A DNA stretch of 64,000 nt, taken from NCBI GenBank assembly GCA_016193315.1, contig JACPSJ010000001.1, positions 284,446-348,445 of the forward strand. The letters run 5' to 3'. Of this stretch, positions 47,870 to 59,756 are shown in pieces; position 1 is the first letter of the stretch; the number at the start of each line of letters is the position of its first letter. This DNA is from Candidatus Kerfeldbacteria bacterium (GTDB taxonomy: Bacteria; Patescibacteriota; Patescibacteriia; SBBC01; CAIJZX01). Position numbers and translations under genes: made by a program. The notes below the pieces were generated by a model that ran no database searches, had not been told where the DNA came from, and saw nothing but the letters and a program-made list of their open reading frames with translations.

Positions 47870-48247
47870 ATGGAAAAAGTTTTAGCTGATTGGGAGGTTC
47901 AAGCCGAAGAACAGCTGCCGCCCGGCGACCCGACCCGACCGAAGACCGGTGACACAAAGGCTGAAACGGGGTTTTCCGAGAGCGATCTCGAACGCCTCAA
48001 CCAGGAACTCGAGACCTTGGCCGGGAACGTTTCAGAGAGGCTCGAGGAGTTGGCCAGGCGGGACCCCGGTGATCCGACATATATTGATTATCGCGATCTC
48101 AATGATCGCATTGATGAGATGAGATCTGTGACCGAAGCCATGGCCAAGGATGAGGCGCTCAGTCAGGAGCAGCGATTCTTCTGGACCCGGATGTACGTCT
48201 CAATGCTCCGCCGGCTGCGGCAAGACCTGGATCGGATTACCGAATAG
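47870..48247 (+). CDS. hypothetical acidic coiled-coil protein inserted in the str operon
   Basis: ORF 47765-48247 overlaps the rpsG 3' end. First ATG at 47870. Glu/Asp/Arg-rich. No family. Confidence 0.3.
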   Translation: MEKVLADWEVQAEEQLPPGDPTRPKTGDTKAETGFSESDLERLNQELETLAGNVSERLEELARRDPGDPTYIDYRDLNDRIDEMRSVTEAMAKDEALSQEQRFFWTRMYVSMLRRLRQDLDRITE

Positions 48248-48272
48248 GTATCCGACAGTTCGCGCATCTGCC

Positions 48273-49091
48273 ATGATTATCGTCACCCATCGCAAACCCC
48301 ACCTCGACGAAGTGGTGGCGGCGTGGTTACTAAAGACCTTTGATCCGGCTTTCAGAGACGCCGGCTTTGAGTTTGTTCCCTACCGCCCTACCGGTGGCCA
48401 GCCGCCGACCGGCCCGCAGTATGTATCGATTGGCATCGGTCACGGCAAGTTCGATGAGCACAACCAACAGGCCGGGCACTCAGCTACGCAGCTCGTCTAC
48501 CGCGACTTGCTCCACCGCGGGCTGATCCCGAACGACCGGTTTGAAGACAAAGCGCTCGAGTGGCTGGTGGAATACAGTCACCAGGAAGACACCGCCCACT
48601 GGCGGGTGACCGACCCCGTGCTACGCAGTTTCATGTTGCCGGCGATCCTCCGCGGTTACGCTCTGCTGAATCCGGACGACCCCAGTCCAGTGATGATGAC
48701 CAAGGGCCTTGACCTTATTGAGGCGGTGGTGGCGCAACTCGATGAACTAGCAAAATTCTTGGTCGATTGGGACCGTCGCGTCGAATTCGTCTCACGGTGG
48801 GGCAAAGCGGTCGGCGTCCATAGTTCATTCCGGTCGGCCGACGCGTTTGCTTACCATCATGGCTTTGTGCTCTGTGCCCAGACCGACCCACGCAAGCCAT
48901 ATGGTAACTTCCGGGCGCGAGCCGACAGCCAGGTCGACTTAACCCCGGTCTATGAACAGCTCCAGGCGCAGGAGCCCGGCGCCTGGTACCTACACCAAAC
49001 GAAGAGAGTGCTCCTGTCGAATGTTGACCCGGCCACTGGCCGCCAGCCGACGCGGATGACGCTTGAGCAGCTGATTGAACTAGTCACATAG
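48273..49091 (+). CDS. MYG1/UPF0160-like metal-dependent hydrolase
   Basis: IVTHRKPHLDEVVAAWLL...SIGIGHGKFDEHNQQ matches the THxGxFHxDE ... GG.YD...DHHQ pattern. Start at ATG 48273. Confidence 0.5.
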   Translation: MIIVTHRKPHLDEVVAAWLLKTFDPAFRDAGFEFVPYRPTGGQPPTGPQYVSIGIGHGKFDEHNQQAGHSATQLVYRDLLHRGLIPNDRFEDKALEWLVEYSHQEDTAHWRVTDPVLRSFMLPAILRGYALLNPDDPSPVMMTKGLDLIEAVVAQLDELAKFLVDWDRRVEFVSRWGKAVGVHSSFRSADAFAYHHGFVLCAQTDPRKPYGNFRARADSQVDLTPVYEQLQAQEPGAWYLHQTKRVLLSNVDPATGRQPTRMTLEQLIELVT

Positions 49092-49097
49092 ACGAGC

Positions 49098-51179
49098 ATG
49101 CCCCGAGAATACGCCCTCGAACACACGCGGAACATCGGCATCATTGCTCATATTGATGCGGGGAAAACAACCGTCTCTGAACGAATATTATTTTACACCG
49201 GTAAGAAACACAAAATAGGGGAAGTTCACGAAGGCGAGGCGGAAATGGATTGGATGGCGCAGGAAAAAGAGCGGGGGATTACGATTACCGCCGCGGCCAC
49301 GACCTGCTTCTGGAAGGCCCAGCGGATCAACTTGATAGATACGCCCGGCCATATTGATTTCACGGTTGAGGTGCAACGAAGTTTGCGCGTTCTCGACGGC
49401 GGGGTGGTCGTCTTTGATGGCGTGGCCGGCGTTGAGCCGCAATCAGAAACGGTCTGGCACCAAGCTGAGAAGTTCGGGGTGCCGCGGATTTGTTTCATTA
49501 ACAAGATGGACCGCATCGGCGCCGATTTCTATGCCGATCTACAATCGATCCACGAGCGCCTGACGCCGCATGCCATCCCGCTCCAGCTGCCGATCGGCGC
49601 GGCGGAAACGTTTCGTGGAATCATCGACCTCTTCGAACGGAAGGCTCGGATCTACCAGGACGAATTAGGAAAAGAATGGCAAGACACCGACGTTCCACCT
49701 GAGATGAATGAGCAAGTCGAACAACATCGACACCGACTGGTCGAAGCGGTGGCCGAACAGGATGACGCGCTGCTCGAAAAATATCTTCACGGCACCGAAC
49801 CCACGGTGGCCGAGCTGAAAGCCGTGCTGCGGCGGGCGACGATTATGAACCGGCTGGTCCCGGTTCTGTGCGGCTCGGCTCTCAAGAACAAGGGCGTTCA
49901 GTTCTTGCTCGACGCCATCGTTGAGTACTTACCCTCGCCACTCGACGTACCGGCCATCAAAGGCGTTGATCCGAAGACGAACGCCGAGCTTGAGCGCCAT
50001 GCGTCTGATGCTGAGCCGTTTGCGGCGTTGGCGTTCAAGATCGCGGCTGATCCGTTTGTGGGGAAACTGGCCTTCTTCCGGGTCTACTCCGGCACCATCA
50101 GTGCCGGGTCCTACGTCCTCAACACCACCACCGGCAACAAAGAGCGGGTAGGCCGGATCGTTCGGCTCCACGCTAACCACCGTGAAGATGTCGAGGAAGT
50201 CTATGCCGGAGAAATCGCGGCCGCCGTCGGCTTGAAAGGCACGGCCACCGGCGATACGCTCTGCGACCCTGAGCACCCGATCAAACTCGAGAATATCACC
50301 TTTCCCGAACCAGTCATCGACATCGCCATCGAGCCGAAAACGAAACAAGATCAGGAAAAGATGGGGTTGGCGCTTGGCCGGCTGGCCGAGGAAGACCCGA
50401 CGTTCCGCGTCCGGGCCGACGAGGAAACCGGGCAGACGGTTATTTCCGGCATGGGCGAGCTGCACCTGGAAATTATCGTTGACCGAATGAAACGCGAATT
50501 CAAAGTCGAAGCCAGCGTCGGGCGTCCCCGGGTCGCGTACCGTGAGACGATAACCGCTCCCGCCGAGGGGGAAGGAAAATACATCCGTCAGTCCGGCGGT
50601 CGGGGACAATACGGACATTGCTGGATCCGGGTCGAACCGAAGGCTCGCGGCGAAGGGTTTGAATTCGTTGATGAGGTCAAAGGTGGCGTCATCCCTCATG
50701 AATACATCCTGCCGATTCAGAAAGGGATCAAGGAGGCGATGGACAATGGCGTGGTGGCTGGTTATCCGATGGTCGACTTGACAGCGACAGTCTTCGATGG
50801 CTCGTACCACGAGGTCGATTCCTCGGAAGGGGCCTTCAAGATTGCCGGCTCGATCGGTTTCAAGGAGGCAGCCAAGCGGGCCAAACCGGTGCTCCTCGAA
50901 CCGATCATGAAAGTAGAGGTCATCACCCCGGAAGCGAGCATGGGCGACGTGCTCGGCGACTTGAACGCCAAACGCTCAGTCATCAAAGAAATGCGCAACC
51001 GCGGTCAAGCCAAGGTCATTGATGCCGAGGTGCCGCTGGGTGAGATGTTTGGCTACGCGACCAGCCTACGCTCGATGACCCAGGGCCGGGCTTCGTTCAA
51101 TATGGAGTTTGCGCACTACCAACCGGTGCCGAAGAATGTGGCGGCCGCAATTATAGGCGACCAAGAGAAAACGGCATAA
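49098..51179 (+). CDS. fusA: elongation factor G
   Basis: [15 protein letters not shown]-domain and all five EF-G domains. 693 aa. Confidence 0.95.
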   Translation: MPREYALEHTRNIGIIAHIDAGKTTVSERILFYTGKKHKIGEVHEGEAEMDWMAQEKERGITITAAATTCFWKAQRINLIDTPGHIDFTVEVQRSLRVLDGGVVVFDGVAGVEPQSETVWHQAEKFGVPRICFINKMDRIGADFYADLQSIHERLTPHAIPLQLPIGAAETFRGIIDLFERKARIYQDELGKEWQDTDVPPEMNEQVEQHRHRLVEAVAEQDDALLEKYLHGTEPTVAELKAVLRRATIMNRLVPVLCGSALKNKGVQFLLDAIVEYLPSPLDVPAIKGVDPKTNAELERHASDAEPFAALAFKIAADPFVGKLAFFRVYSGTISAGSYVLNTTTGNKERVGRIVRLHANHREDVEEVYAGEIAAAVGLKGTATGDTLCDPEHPIKLENITFPEPVIDIAIEPKTKQDQEKMGLALGRLAEEDPTFRVRADEETGQTVISGMGELHLEIIVDRMKREFKVEASVGRPRVAYRETITAPAEGEGKYIRQSGGRGQYGHCWIRVEPKARGEGFEFVDEVKGGVIPHEYILPIQKGIKEAMDNGVVAGYPMVDLTATVFDGSYHEVDSSEGAFKIAGSIGFKEAAKRAKPVLLEPIMKVEVITPEASMGDVLGDLNAKRSVIKEMRNRGQAKVIDAEVPLGEMFGYATSLRSMTQGRASFNMEFAHYQPVPKNVAAAIIGDQEKTA

Positions 51180-51306
51180 ATCAGAGTCGATAATCAGCGA
51201 ATCGCCAGAAAGATGTGCCGGCTATCAGAGCGGCCGGTTTTGACATTGAGCGCCTGGTGTGGTAACACGTCGGTCAGACAAAAAACCACCCCCCACTAGA
51301 GGTCCC

Positions 51307-51690
51307 ATGCTCTGCCTGATGTTGGTGATTATACTCAACGCCGCTCTTTCTGCGGTCCCCCCAGCCAACAAGGCACCCGTCCCTGAGGAAATTCGCGGGC
51401 ACATTACCCGATTTCATTTAGACCGGGGGCGATGCCGGTACTGGGATCATCAGTATGGACTTTCATCCCTCCGATGCCCGCTCAAGATTCGGATCGAGTT
51501 CCCGGGCAGGATGGTCGAAGTCAGAACGTACGTCTACGGTCGGCACGTCGATCTCCAAGTCAGTCCTGCAGACTGGCATCAGGCCGAGACCGGAGACAGC
51601 ATCGCCTGTCGGATCGATCCGGAGACGCGCGTCATCGGCAGTCTCCTCTTCATTGGACGGAATGGCATCGACAAACGGTTTGGCCGTTAG
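51307..51690 (+). CDS. hypothetical secreted protein
   Basis: Start at internal Met with signal-peptide-like MLCLMLVIILNAALSAV. No family recognised. Confidence 0.3.
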   Translation: MLCLMLVIILNAALSAVPPANKAPVPEEIRGHITRFHLDRGRCRYWDHQYGLSSLRCPLKIRIEFPGRMVEVRTYVYGRHVDLQVSPADWHQAETGDSIACRIDPETRVIGSLLFIGRNGIDKRFGR

Positions 51691-51742
51691 CCAGCCGTTT
51701 TTCCGTCCTCAAAAACCTCTTCCGTTCTTGGAAGAGGGTGGT

Positions 51743-52156
51743 TCAGCCCGTCTCGGGCCGGATCGTTGTTTGGAACTCCCGCACGGCCAGCCGGAGCCTG
51801 ACCGACGTTTCCGGCGCGTCGGCTGAGAAAAGGACCACATCGCGGTCGTCGCTCGTCAAACTGGCCATGATTTCCGCTGGCGGACCGTGATGAAGTAGAA
51901 AGACCGTCATCGGTTTTGACTGCCGCGTCCTTGACGCCTGCCGGTAGAACGCGACTGGGCCGGCACATTGGCCGATGTCGGGCAAGATGACGAGGATCTC
52001 CGGTGGCAGTTGCTCCATCAGGCCGATGGCGATCGGGCCGTTGGTGCTGACGATGGTGACCCACGGGCGGTCGTCGTTAGCTGTTCCTTCCCACTGATGA
52101 ATGAGCCCGGGGATCATTTCACTCCGACCAACAATCATGATAACCCGTGGTTCCAT
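51743..52156 (-). CDS. hypothetical Rossmann-like protein
   Basis: Start at ATG 52156 with AAAGGAG RBS. MEPRVIMIVGRSEMIPG...NGPIAIGLMEQLP pattern. Confidence 0.4.
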   Translation of the reverse strand: MEPRVIMIVGRSEMIPGLIHQWEGTANDDRPWVTIVSTNGPIAIGLMEQLPPEILVILPDIGQCAGPVAFYRQASRTRQSKPMTVFLLHHGPPAEIMASLTSDDRDVVLFSADAPETSVRLRLAVREFQTTIRPETG

Positions 52157-52306
52157 GTCGGCGCTCCTTTTCTTTAAGGCCTTCTCCAAGCTTGAGTCGA
52201 ATGAGCAGGCGGTCCGGTAACGCCTGACATTATCTCCAGCCGGCTGAACCGTCAAGTACCGGCCCGACCCTTTCCCGGCCGGGCGAAAGGCCGTATACTT
52301 GCACCT

Positions 52307-52825
52307 ATGCCTCGCTACACGATCGCCGCCTTGGTGCCCGATCCATGGGCCGCGGAGATTCATGCCCTCCGGCGGCAATTTGATCGTTGGTCGCGACAGT
52401 GGTTACCGCCGCACCTAACGATTGTTCCTCCGGTCTCGGCCGACATCAGTCTGCCGATGGTGGTCGAGATCGAAACGTTCCCGGCCGACATCGCGGTCAA
52501 CTGGCAAGGCTGGGGCGCCTTTCATCATGAGCGGAGCAACGTCATCTGGCTCCACGCCGGTCAGGGGGTCACCGATCACCTCCGACCGAAACTGGTATCC
52601 GCCATCCCATCCCTGGCGGCGACGGCGACCATCCCGCCGGTTGACTGGCAAGGCCCAGCGGCTTATCACGTGACCGTGGTCAATCGCGTTCCCCATGATG
52701 TCTTCGCTGAGCTTGATCAGGAATTGCGGAAACGGACAGTCGCCGGACAGTTTGTTATCCCCTGGCTGACGGTTTTTCAGTGGGACGAGTTGACGAACCG
52801 CTGGCTGTTTGCCCGCCCGAAGTAG
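52307..52825 (+). CDS. 2H-phosphoesterase superfamily protein (LigT-like, two HxT/S motifs)
   Basis: PHLTIVPP and YHVTVVNRV. ATG 7 nt after TATACT (52294-52299). Confidence 0.65.
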   Translation: MPRYTIAALVPDPWAAEIHALRRQFDRWSRQWLPPHLTIVPPVSADISLPMVVEIETFPADIAVNWQGWGAFHHERSNVIWLHAGQGVTDHLRPKLVSAIPSLAATATIPPVDWQGPAAYHVTVVNRVPHDVFAELDQELRKRTVAGQFVIPWLTVFQWDELTNRWLFARPK

Positions 52826-52844
52826 AAAGAGAAGTAGAAAGAAA

Positions 52845-52866
52845 GGAGCCCCCTCAGGGAGGCTCC
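52845..52866 (-). terminator. hairpin GGAGCCCCCT-C-AGGGAGGCTCC, T-rich on the minus strand
   Basis: Lies between convergent genes. The minus-strand downstream sequence CCTTTCTTTCT gives the T-tract. Preceded on the plus strand by a GAAGTAGAAAGA x2 tandem repeat. Confidence 0.4.
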
Positions 52867-52899
52867 CGTGTCAGTCGGCCAGTGGACCTTGAGGTGACC

Positions 52900-53493
52900 T
52901 TACCGTGCGCGATGGCTATGGTGAGAAGCATGGCGTCTGAATCCTTTCACAAGCTTCCACGGTTTCAAAATGATGAGCTGACTCAGGGTGGCCTGAAGCA
53001 GTTCAGGGACGTGCCAGCGCCGGAATCGAATGTGCCATTTTCGGCGCGTGGCGGGATGGGAGAGACGCGACATCCAGCTCATGGCGGCCAGCTGGACCAG
53101 CCAGATGGTGGCTTCGATGGCGCTCGCCGGCAGCTGCAGCCGGACATGCGGCGACAGCCAATCGACCACCATCAGCGTGCCGAGGAATGTCAACCAACTG
53201 ACCACCAGCCGGTCGGCACTCTTTCGGCCGCGACGAATCTTGAACCACCGATGGGCTTCCTGTCGAAGGAAGAGGATGACGATCAGCCCGAGACCGGGCC
53301 AGGTACGGAGGAGCCACTCGCTGAGCAGCTGCCCCCACGGTCGTTCATTCTCAACCAACGCCAAGAGGTCCCGATAGCCGAAGGGGATATCGAAGGTCAG
53401 ATCGAGCGTCAGCCAGGCCTGGGTAATGAGCCACAAGCCCGCTGAGCACAGGACCAGCCGTCGAGCCACCCCTTTCAGGGTATGGATCAACAC
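52900..53493 (-). CDS. hypothetical polytopic membrane protein
   Basis: 197 aa with 4-5 Trp/Leu-rich TM helices. No family recognised. Confidence 0.4.
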   Translation of the reverse strand: MLIHTLKGVARRLVLCSAGLWLITQAWLTLDLTFDIPFGYRDLLALVENERPWGQLLSEWLLRTWPGLGLIVILFLRQEAHRWFKIRRGRKSADRLVVSWLTFLGTLMVVDWLSPHVRLQLPASAIEATIWLVQLAAMSWMSRLSHPATRRKWHIRFRRWHVPELLQATLSQLIILKPWKLVKGFRRHASHHSHRAR

Positions 53494-53729
53494 AACAGTT
53501 CACCACCTCGTGTGTCGAGCACGGGTTGTCAAGGTCCTTTGGATGGTGACTGACGTCCCCACCCTACACCCCCAGGACGAGTTGTCAAGTCCACTGCCGG
53601 CTAGACGTAGAACCAGGATCGGGACGAGAAGAGCCTACCCGTCGTGGGCACAAACAGTCGTTTTTTGGCTAACCATAAGGAAGAAAAACAACCCTCGATG
53701 GGGGGAAAACATCTGGAAACATGACAGGC

Positions 53730-53758
53730 TTGCCAAACACAGGGCCCGCTGCTATAAT
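53730..53758 (+). promoter_or_regulatory. tuf promoter TTGCCA-N17-TATAAT
   Basis: Consensus-like boxes with extended TGn (TGCTATAAT). About 45-nt T-rich leader. Confidence 0.5.
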
Positions 53759-53810
53759 CAGGCACGCCTCTTTTTTTCGATTTTTTACTCATTTAACGGA
53801 ACCGTTCCGT

Positions 53811-54995
<1,185 letters not shown>

Positions 54996-55022
54996 TCAAT
55001 CCGTTCGCTCTTTTCCAGGTCT

Positions 55023-55376
55023 ATGGCCGAATCTCCCGTCCCCGCAACGAACCAGGGCCCCGACGAGGAAGTCCACCAGAAACTCCGGATCAAGATTCGG
55101 GCCTACGACCATAAAATCATCGACCAATCAACGCGCACGATTCTCGACACGGCGCTCCGCACCGGGGCCAAGGTCAAGGGCCCGGTGCCGTTACCGACCG
55201 AACGAAATCGGTACACCGTCATTCGCTCCGCCTTTGCCCACAAGAACTCTCGCGAGCAGTATGAGATGCGGACCCACAAACGATTGATCGACATCATTGA
55301 CCCGACACCGAAGACCGTCGACGCCCTGACCAGCTTGACGCTACCGGCTGGCGTCGATATCGAGATAAAGTCATAA
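55023..55376 (+). CDS. rpsJ: 30S ribosomal protein S10
   Basis: [39 protein letters not shown]... Confidence 0.95.
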   Translation: MAESPVPATNQGPDEEVHQKLRIKIRAYDHKIIDQSTRTILDTALRTGAKVKGPVPLPTERNRYTVIRSAFAHKNSREQYEMRTHKRLIDIIDPTPKTVDALTSLTLPAGVDIEIKS

Positions 55377-55538
55377 GCCCTCGACAATTTCGCCTTCGTG
55401 GCCATTCGTTCCGGAGATGACGAGACAGGTCGCGGTCGCCTTCATCCCCGGATAACAATCGCCAACCGTCTCGGCTCAAGCTAGTTTCCCGCCGTTTCGC
55501 CCTCCCTCGCGGACCGGACCAACTACTGGGCTGCATCG

Positions 55539-55590
55539 AACGCCGCTTGCGGCGGGACTGAGTTGGCCCGTCTCCGCTAGCGGCGTTTTT
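55539..55590 (+). promoter_or_regulatory. terminator/attenuator-like hairpin + T-tract in the 212-nt rpsJ-rplC spacer
   Basis: AACGCCGCT...AGCGGCGTT (9-bp stem, structured loop) followed by TTTTT ending 10 nt before the rplC ATG. No SD. Confidence 0.4.
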
Positions 55591-55600
55591 GAACCACCCT

Positions 55601-56227
55601 ATGAAGATTCTTCTCGGACAGAAAAAATCGATGACGCAAGTCTTTCAAGACGACGGCACGGTCGTCCCGGTGACCATTATCCAGGTCACACCGAATGTCG
55701 TCGCCGACCTGCGAACGGCAGAACGCCATGGCTATCAGGCCGTCCAGCTGGGCTACGGGTCGAGATCACCACGCCGGATCGCCAAACCGCAACGCCAGCA
55801 GTGGCAGGCGATGGGAAATTTTCGCTGGGTGCGAGAGTTTCGTGTGCCAACGACCGAGGGTTGGCGTCCGGGACAGAAGATTGAAGCCAATGTTTTTCAG
55901 CCGGGCGACACCGTCCAAGTGACGGCCACCTCGAAAGGGCGTGGTTTCGCCGGGGTCGTCAAGCGGCACCATTTTCGTGGCGGTCCGGCTTCGCACGGAC
56001 ACAAAGATAACCTCCGAGCACCGGGGTCGATTGGCGCCACCTTCCCGCAACACGTCTTGCGTGGGACGCGGATGGCTGGTCGTTTGGGCCACGCCCGGGT
56101 GACGATCAAGAACCTGAAGGTCGTGGCCGTCAAGCCTGAACGACACGAACTGGTCTTGAGTGGGGCGGTGCCTGGGCCGCGGAACGGGTTGGTCATGATC
56201 CAAGGACGTACCCATGCCAAACGCTAA
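55601..56227 (+). CDS. rplC: 50S ribosomal protein L3
   Basis: MKILLGQKKSMTQVF..., VTATSKGRGFAGVVKRHHFRGG. ATG 55601 chosen over the TTG of the track. Confidence 0.95.
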   Translation: MKILLGQKKSMTQVFQDDGTVVPVTIIQVTPNVVADLRTAERHGYQAVQLGYGSRSPRRIAKPQRQQWQAMGNFRWVREFRVPTTEGWRPGQKIEANVFQPGDTVQVTATSKGRGFAGVVKRHHFRGGPASHGHKDNLRAPGSIGATFPQHVLRGTRMAGRLGHARVTIKNLKVVAVKPERHELVLSGAVPGPRNGLVMIQGRTHAKR

Positions 56228-56846
56228 GGTTTACAATGCTGCCGGCCGCATCATCGGCTCGATCGAGCTCGATCCGTCGGTGTTCGGCGTCCGCCCGAAA
56301 CCCGATCTGATCGAGCAGGCGGTGGTGGCCCAGCTGGCGAACCGCCGCGCCCCGCTGGCGCACACGAAAACTCGTGGCGAAGTTCGAGGGGGCGGGCGGA
56401 AGCCCTGGCGCCAAAAGGGGACCGGTCGAGCACGCCAGGGTTCGATCCGGGCGCCGCAGTGGCGAGGCGGAGGTGTGGTCCACGGTCCCCGGGCGGAACG
56501 CAACTTCCGTCAGAAAATGAATCGAGTCGCGAAGCGTCAAGCCCTACTCATGGCCCTGTCGGATAAGGCTCAAGCCGAGCGGATCTCGGTCCTCGAGTCA
56601 CTTCAACTGCCAGCCGCGAAGACGAAACATTTGTCCGCCTTACTCACCCACCTGCCGCGCGCGCCGCAGTCCCTCATCATTTTGCCGAAGAGCGCCCCGG
56701 ACGTTATCCGGGCTGGCCGGAATATTCCCGGCTTAACCTTCATTCGGGCCGATAGTCTCAACGTCTACGAGATCATGAAGCACCAACAGCTACTCATTGA
56801 GCGGCCGGCGCTACCGGTCATTCGGTCAACCTTTGTGAAGTCCTGA
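56214..56846 (+). CDS. rplD: 50S ribosomal protein L4
   Basis: L4 signature KTRGEVRGGGRKPWRQKGTGRARQGS. Confidence 0.9.
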   Translation: MPNAKVYNAAGRIIGSIELDPSVFGVRPKPDLIEQAVVAQLANRRAPLAHTKTRGEVRGGGRKPWRQKGTGRARQGSIRAPQWRGGGVVHGPRAERNFRQKMNRVAKRQALLMALSDKAQAERISVLESLQLPAAKTKHLSALLTHLPRAPQSLIILPKSAPDVIRAGRNIPGLTFIRADSLNVYEIMKHQQLLIERPALPVIRSTFVKS

Positions 56847-56850
56847 AACA

Positions 56851-57372
56851 ATGGGTTTGTTTGATCGCTGGATGAGCAAGAAAGGGAAGGCGGGTAAGGC
56901 CGGGCCGAAGAAAGCCCATCCAGCTTCGGCTGCGGACGAAGAGAAAAAGCGGATCTTTGCCGCGGTGCCATCAGGCCAGGATGCGCCGGCGGCACCTCCG
57001 GCCAAACAAGAACGGCCAGCCACAGTCGCCGCCCCAGCCGCGGCCCCCAAAAAACCGGCCACCAATCAACCGGCGATGGCCGTCAAGGAGACGAGCGGCA
57101 CCGCTAGTCAGATTCTTTTTCGACCGCTGGTGACCGAGAAATCTTCACGCCAACCGGGGCACTACACGTTCGAGGTGGCGCGGGATGCCACCAAGGTTGA
57201 CGTCCGCCACGCGGTTGAAGCCGTTTACGGAATTCGCCCGCAGGACGTGACCATCGTTCGTTTGCCCGGTAAGGCGATTCGCTACGGACGGACGGTCGGC
57301 CGAACAGTGGCGCGCAAAAAAGCGGTCGTCACATTGCCGGGCGGAAAGACCATCGACATTTTACAATCATAG
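56851..57372 (+). CDS. rplW: 50S ribosomal protein L23 with ~75-aa Lys/Ala/Pro-rich N-terminal extension
   Basis: The canonical L23 core begins at Met76 (MAVKETSGTASQILFRPLVTEKSS...). The open frame upstream to 56851 encodes KKGKAGKAGPKK...APAAAPKKPA low complexity. Confidence 0.8.
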   Translation: MGLFDRWMSKKGKAGKAGPKKAHPASAADEEKKRIFAAVPSGQDAPAAPPAKQERPATVAAPAAAPKKPATNQPAMAVKETSGTASQILFRPLVTEKSSRQPGHYTFEVARDATKVDVRHAVEAVYGIRPQDVTIVRLPGKAIRYGRTVGRTVARKKAVVTLPGGKTIDILQS

Positions 57373-57375
57373 TCA

Positions 57376-58209
57376 ATGGCCGTCCGGATCTACAAACCTA
57401 CTAGCCCCGGTCGCCGTCGGTCTTCAGTCAATACGTTCACCGCGCTGACGCCAAGTTCGCGGCCGGAAAAAAGACTGCTGGTACCGCTGGCTCGCCAGGC
57501 CGGCCGGAACGTCCAGGGCAAGATCACCGTTCGTCACCGTGGCGGCGGCCATAAACGTTTCTACCGACTGGTTGATTTTCAGCAGCGGCGTTATGACCAG
57601 CCAGCCAAGGTGCTGGGCGTTCAGTACGACCCCAATCGGTCGGCCCATCTGGCGTTGATTGAATACCCAGATCGTCAGCGGAGCTACATCATCGCCCCGG
57701 CCGAACTAGCGGTTGGGCAGGCCGTGGTTTCCTCGGCTCGGAAAGTCGAGATCCGACCGGGCAACCGGACCCAGCTGCAATTCATCCCCACCGGCCTGCC
57801 AGTTCATAATATTGAGCTCACCCCTGGCCGTGGCGGAGCAATTGTCCGTTCCGCCGGTTCGGCCGCGACCATCCTGTCGATCGAAGGCGATTTCTCACTC
57901 CTCAAACTTCCGTCCGGAGAGGTGCGGAAACTTCTGAAACAATCAATGGCCTCGATTGGCCAGGTGGCCAACGTTGACCACAGTAACGTGCGTTTTGGCA
58001 AGGCCGGCCGGCGGCGATGGCTCGGTATCCGGCCGAGTGTCCGCGGCAAAGCCATGAATCCGGTCGATCACCCCCATGGTGGTGGCGAAGGGCACAACCC
58101 GATCGGGATGAAGCACCCGAAGACGTATACCGGTAAGCCGGCTCTAGGCGTCAAAACCCGGCGTCGTCCGAAATATTCCGATCACTTGATCATCAATCGG
58201 CCGCCATAG
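57376..58209 (+). CDS. rplB: 50S ribosomal protein L2
   Basis: L2 signatures ([26 protein letters not shown]). Confidence 0.95.
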   Translation: MAVRIYKPTSPGRRRSSVNTFTALTPSSRPEKRLLVPLARQAGRNVQGKITVRHRGGGHKRFYRLVDFQQRRYDQPAKVLGVQYDPNRSAHLALIEYPDRQRSYIIAPAELAVGQAVVSSARKVEIRPGNRTQLQFIPTGLPVHNIELTPGRGGAIVRSAGSAATILSIEGDFSLLKLPSGEVRKLLKQSMASIGQVANVDHSNVRFGKAGRRRWLGIRPSVRGKAMNPVDHPHGGGEGHNPIGMKHPKTYTGKPALGVKTRRRPKYSDHLIINRPP

Positions 58210-58213
58210 TCAT

Positions 58214-58552
58214 ATGTCCCGCTCACTGAAAAAAGGGCCTTTCACTGATGCCAAGCTGCTGGCCAAAGTGTCACGTCTCAAGCCTGGCAGCAAGACGATC
58301 ATCAAGACCTGGTCACGCGATTCCGTCATCACGCCGGAAATGGTGGGCTACACGATCGGCGTCCACAACGGCCGAGACCATGTCTCGGTCTTGGTGGTTG
58401 AGAACATGGTGGGCCATCGTCTGGGAGAATTCGCCCCGACCAGAAAATTCGTCCGCCACGGCGGGCGGATGCAGAAAGAGATCGAACTGAAGCAGGCCGA
58501 AGCCGCCAAGGCCGCCACCGAAGCCCCGGCACCGCCGACCACGAAACCATGA
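58214..58552 (+). CDS. rpsS: 30S ribosomal protein S19 (C-terminal extension)
   Basis: [33 protein letters not shown]. The tail is [25 protein letters not shown]. Confidence 0.9.
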   Translation: MSRSLKKGPFTDAKLLAKVSRLKPGSKTIIKTWSRDSVITPEMVGYTIGVHNGRDHVSVLVVENMVGHRLGEFAPTRKFVRHGGRMQKEIELKQAEAAKAATEAPAPPTTKP

Positions 58553-59091
58553 GCCCGATGGAAGTTCAATCCCAACTTCGCTACCTCCGCCAGTCGCCCC
58601 GTAAAGTCCGCCTGGTGATCGATCTCGTCCGGGGGTTGCCTGTTGACCAAGCGATTGATCAACTGTCGATGATGCCGAAACGAGCGGCCCAGCCGGTCCG
58701 CAAGTTGATTGAATCGGCGATTGCCAACGCGGTGCACAATTATCACCTGCCACGCCAATCTTTGTTTATCAAATCCATTGTTGCTAACGAAGGTCCGACG
58801 CTCAAGCGCTATCGACCCCGGGCCTTCGGTCGGGCGGCCACCGTCCTCAAGCGACTCAGTCACCTGTCGATCATCCTGGCCGACCGAACGGGACCGCCAT
58901 CGGATCAAAGAAAAATCGCTGATCGGACCAGCCGGCCGGGTCCAGCCCTGAAGACCGGCGCCGTTAAATCGGGCCCGGCACACCCACCGCCAGCGGCCAA
59001 GACCGGCGCCCGTCCGACTTCCCCAACGGCCCAGGCCAGCCGGCAGCGGGCGGCGCAAGATCCGGAAGTGCGGCGACAAGGTAAATCATAA
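58549..59091 (+). CDS. rplV: 50S ribosomal protein L22 (~65-aa Pro/Ala-rich C-terminal extension)
   Basis: L22 core [32 protein letters not shown]... followed by a low-complexity tail. Confidence 0.9.
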   Translation: MSPMEVQSQLRYLRQSPRKVRLVIDLVRGLPVDQAIDQLSMMPKRAAQPVRKLIESAIANAVHNYHLPRQSLFIKSIVANEGPTLKRYRPRAFGRAATVLKRLSHLSIILADRTGPPSDQRKIADRTSRPGPALKTGAVKSGPAHPPPAAKTGARPTSPTAQASRQRAAQDPEVRRQGKS

Positions 59092-59094
59092 CCT

Positions 59095-59754
59095 ATGGGT
59101 CAAAAAGTCCATCCCAAAAGCTTTCGACTCGGCCTGACCGCGAATTGGAACTCGAAGTGGTTTGCGAGCCGGCGGTATCCACAGCTCCTACAGCAAGATG
59201 TGGCCATCCGGAAATTCTTGAAATCAAAACTAACCAACGCCGGTCTGGCCGCCATTGACATCGAACGGTCACTCCAGAACCTGACGATCACGATTCACAC
59301 CGCCAAGCCCGGGGTGGTCATCGGTCGCGGCGGTCAGGGCATCGAAAGTCTCCGGCGCGGGCTGCAGATGCTGCTGATGGGTCAGGGTAAATACCTGATC
59401 AAGCTGAACATCCAGGAAGTACAAAAACCAGAACTGTCTGCGCAAATCATGGTCGAGAACATCGCCGACCAGCTCAGCAAACGGATTCCTTTTCGACGGG
59501 TCTTGAAATCGAGCATTGATCAAGTGATGCAAGCCGGGGCCAAAGGGGTGAAGATCGCCCTCGCTGGTCGGCTGAACGGGGCCGAAATTGCGCGGACCGA
59601 GGTCTTGAGCCAAGGCAGTCTACCATTGCAGACCCTGCGGGCGGCCATTGACTATGGCCGCGGCGAGGCCCATACGACCTATGGGAGAATCGGCGTCAAA
59701 GTCTGGGTCTACCACGGCCAGGTCTTTGCTCACGAACTACCGCCCCGTCGCTAA
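59095..59754 (+). CDS. rpsC: 30S ribosomal protein S3
   Basis: [26 protein letters not shown] + S3-C domains. Confidence 0.95.
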   Translation: MGQKVHPKSFRLGLTANWNSKWFASRRYPQLLQQDVAIRKFLKSKLTNAGLAAIDIERSLQNLTITIHTAKPGVVIGRGGQGIESLRRGLQMLLMGQGKYLIKLNIQEVQKPELSAQIMVENIADQLSKRIPFRRVLKSSIDQVMQAGAKGVKIALAGRLNGAEIARTEVLSQGSLPLQTLRAAIDYGRGEAHTTYGRIGVKVWVYHGQVFAHELPPRR

Positions 59755-59756
59755 CT

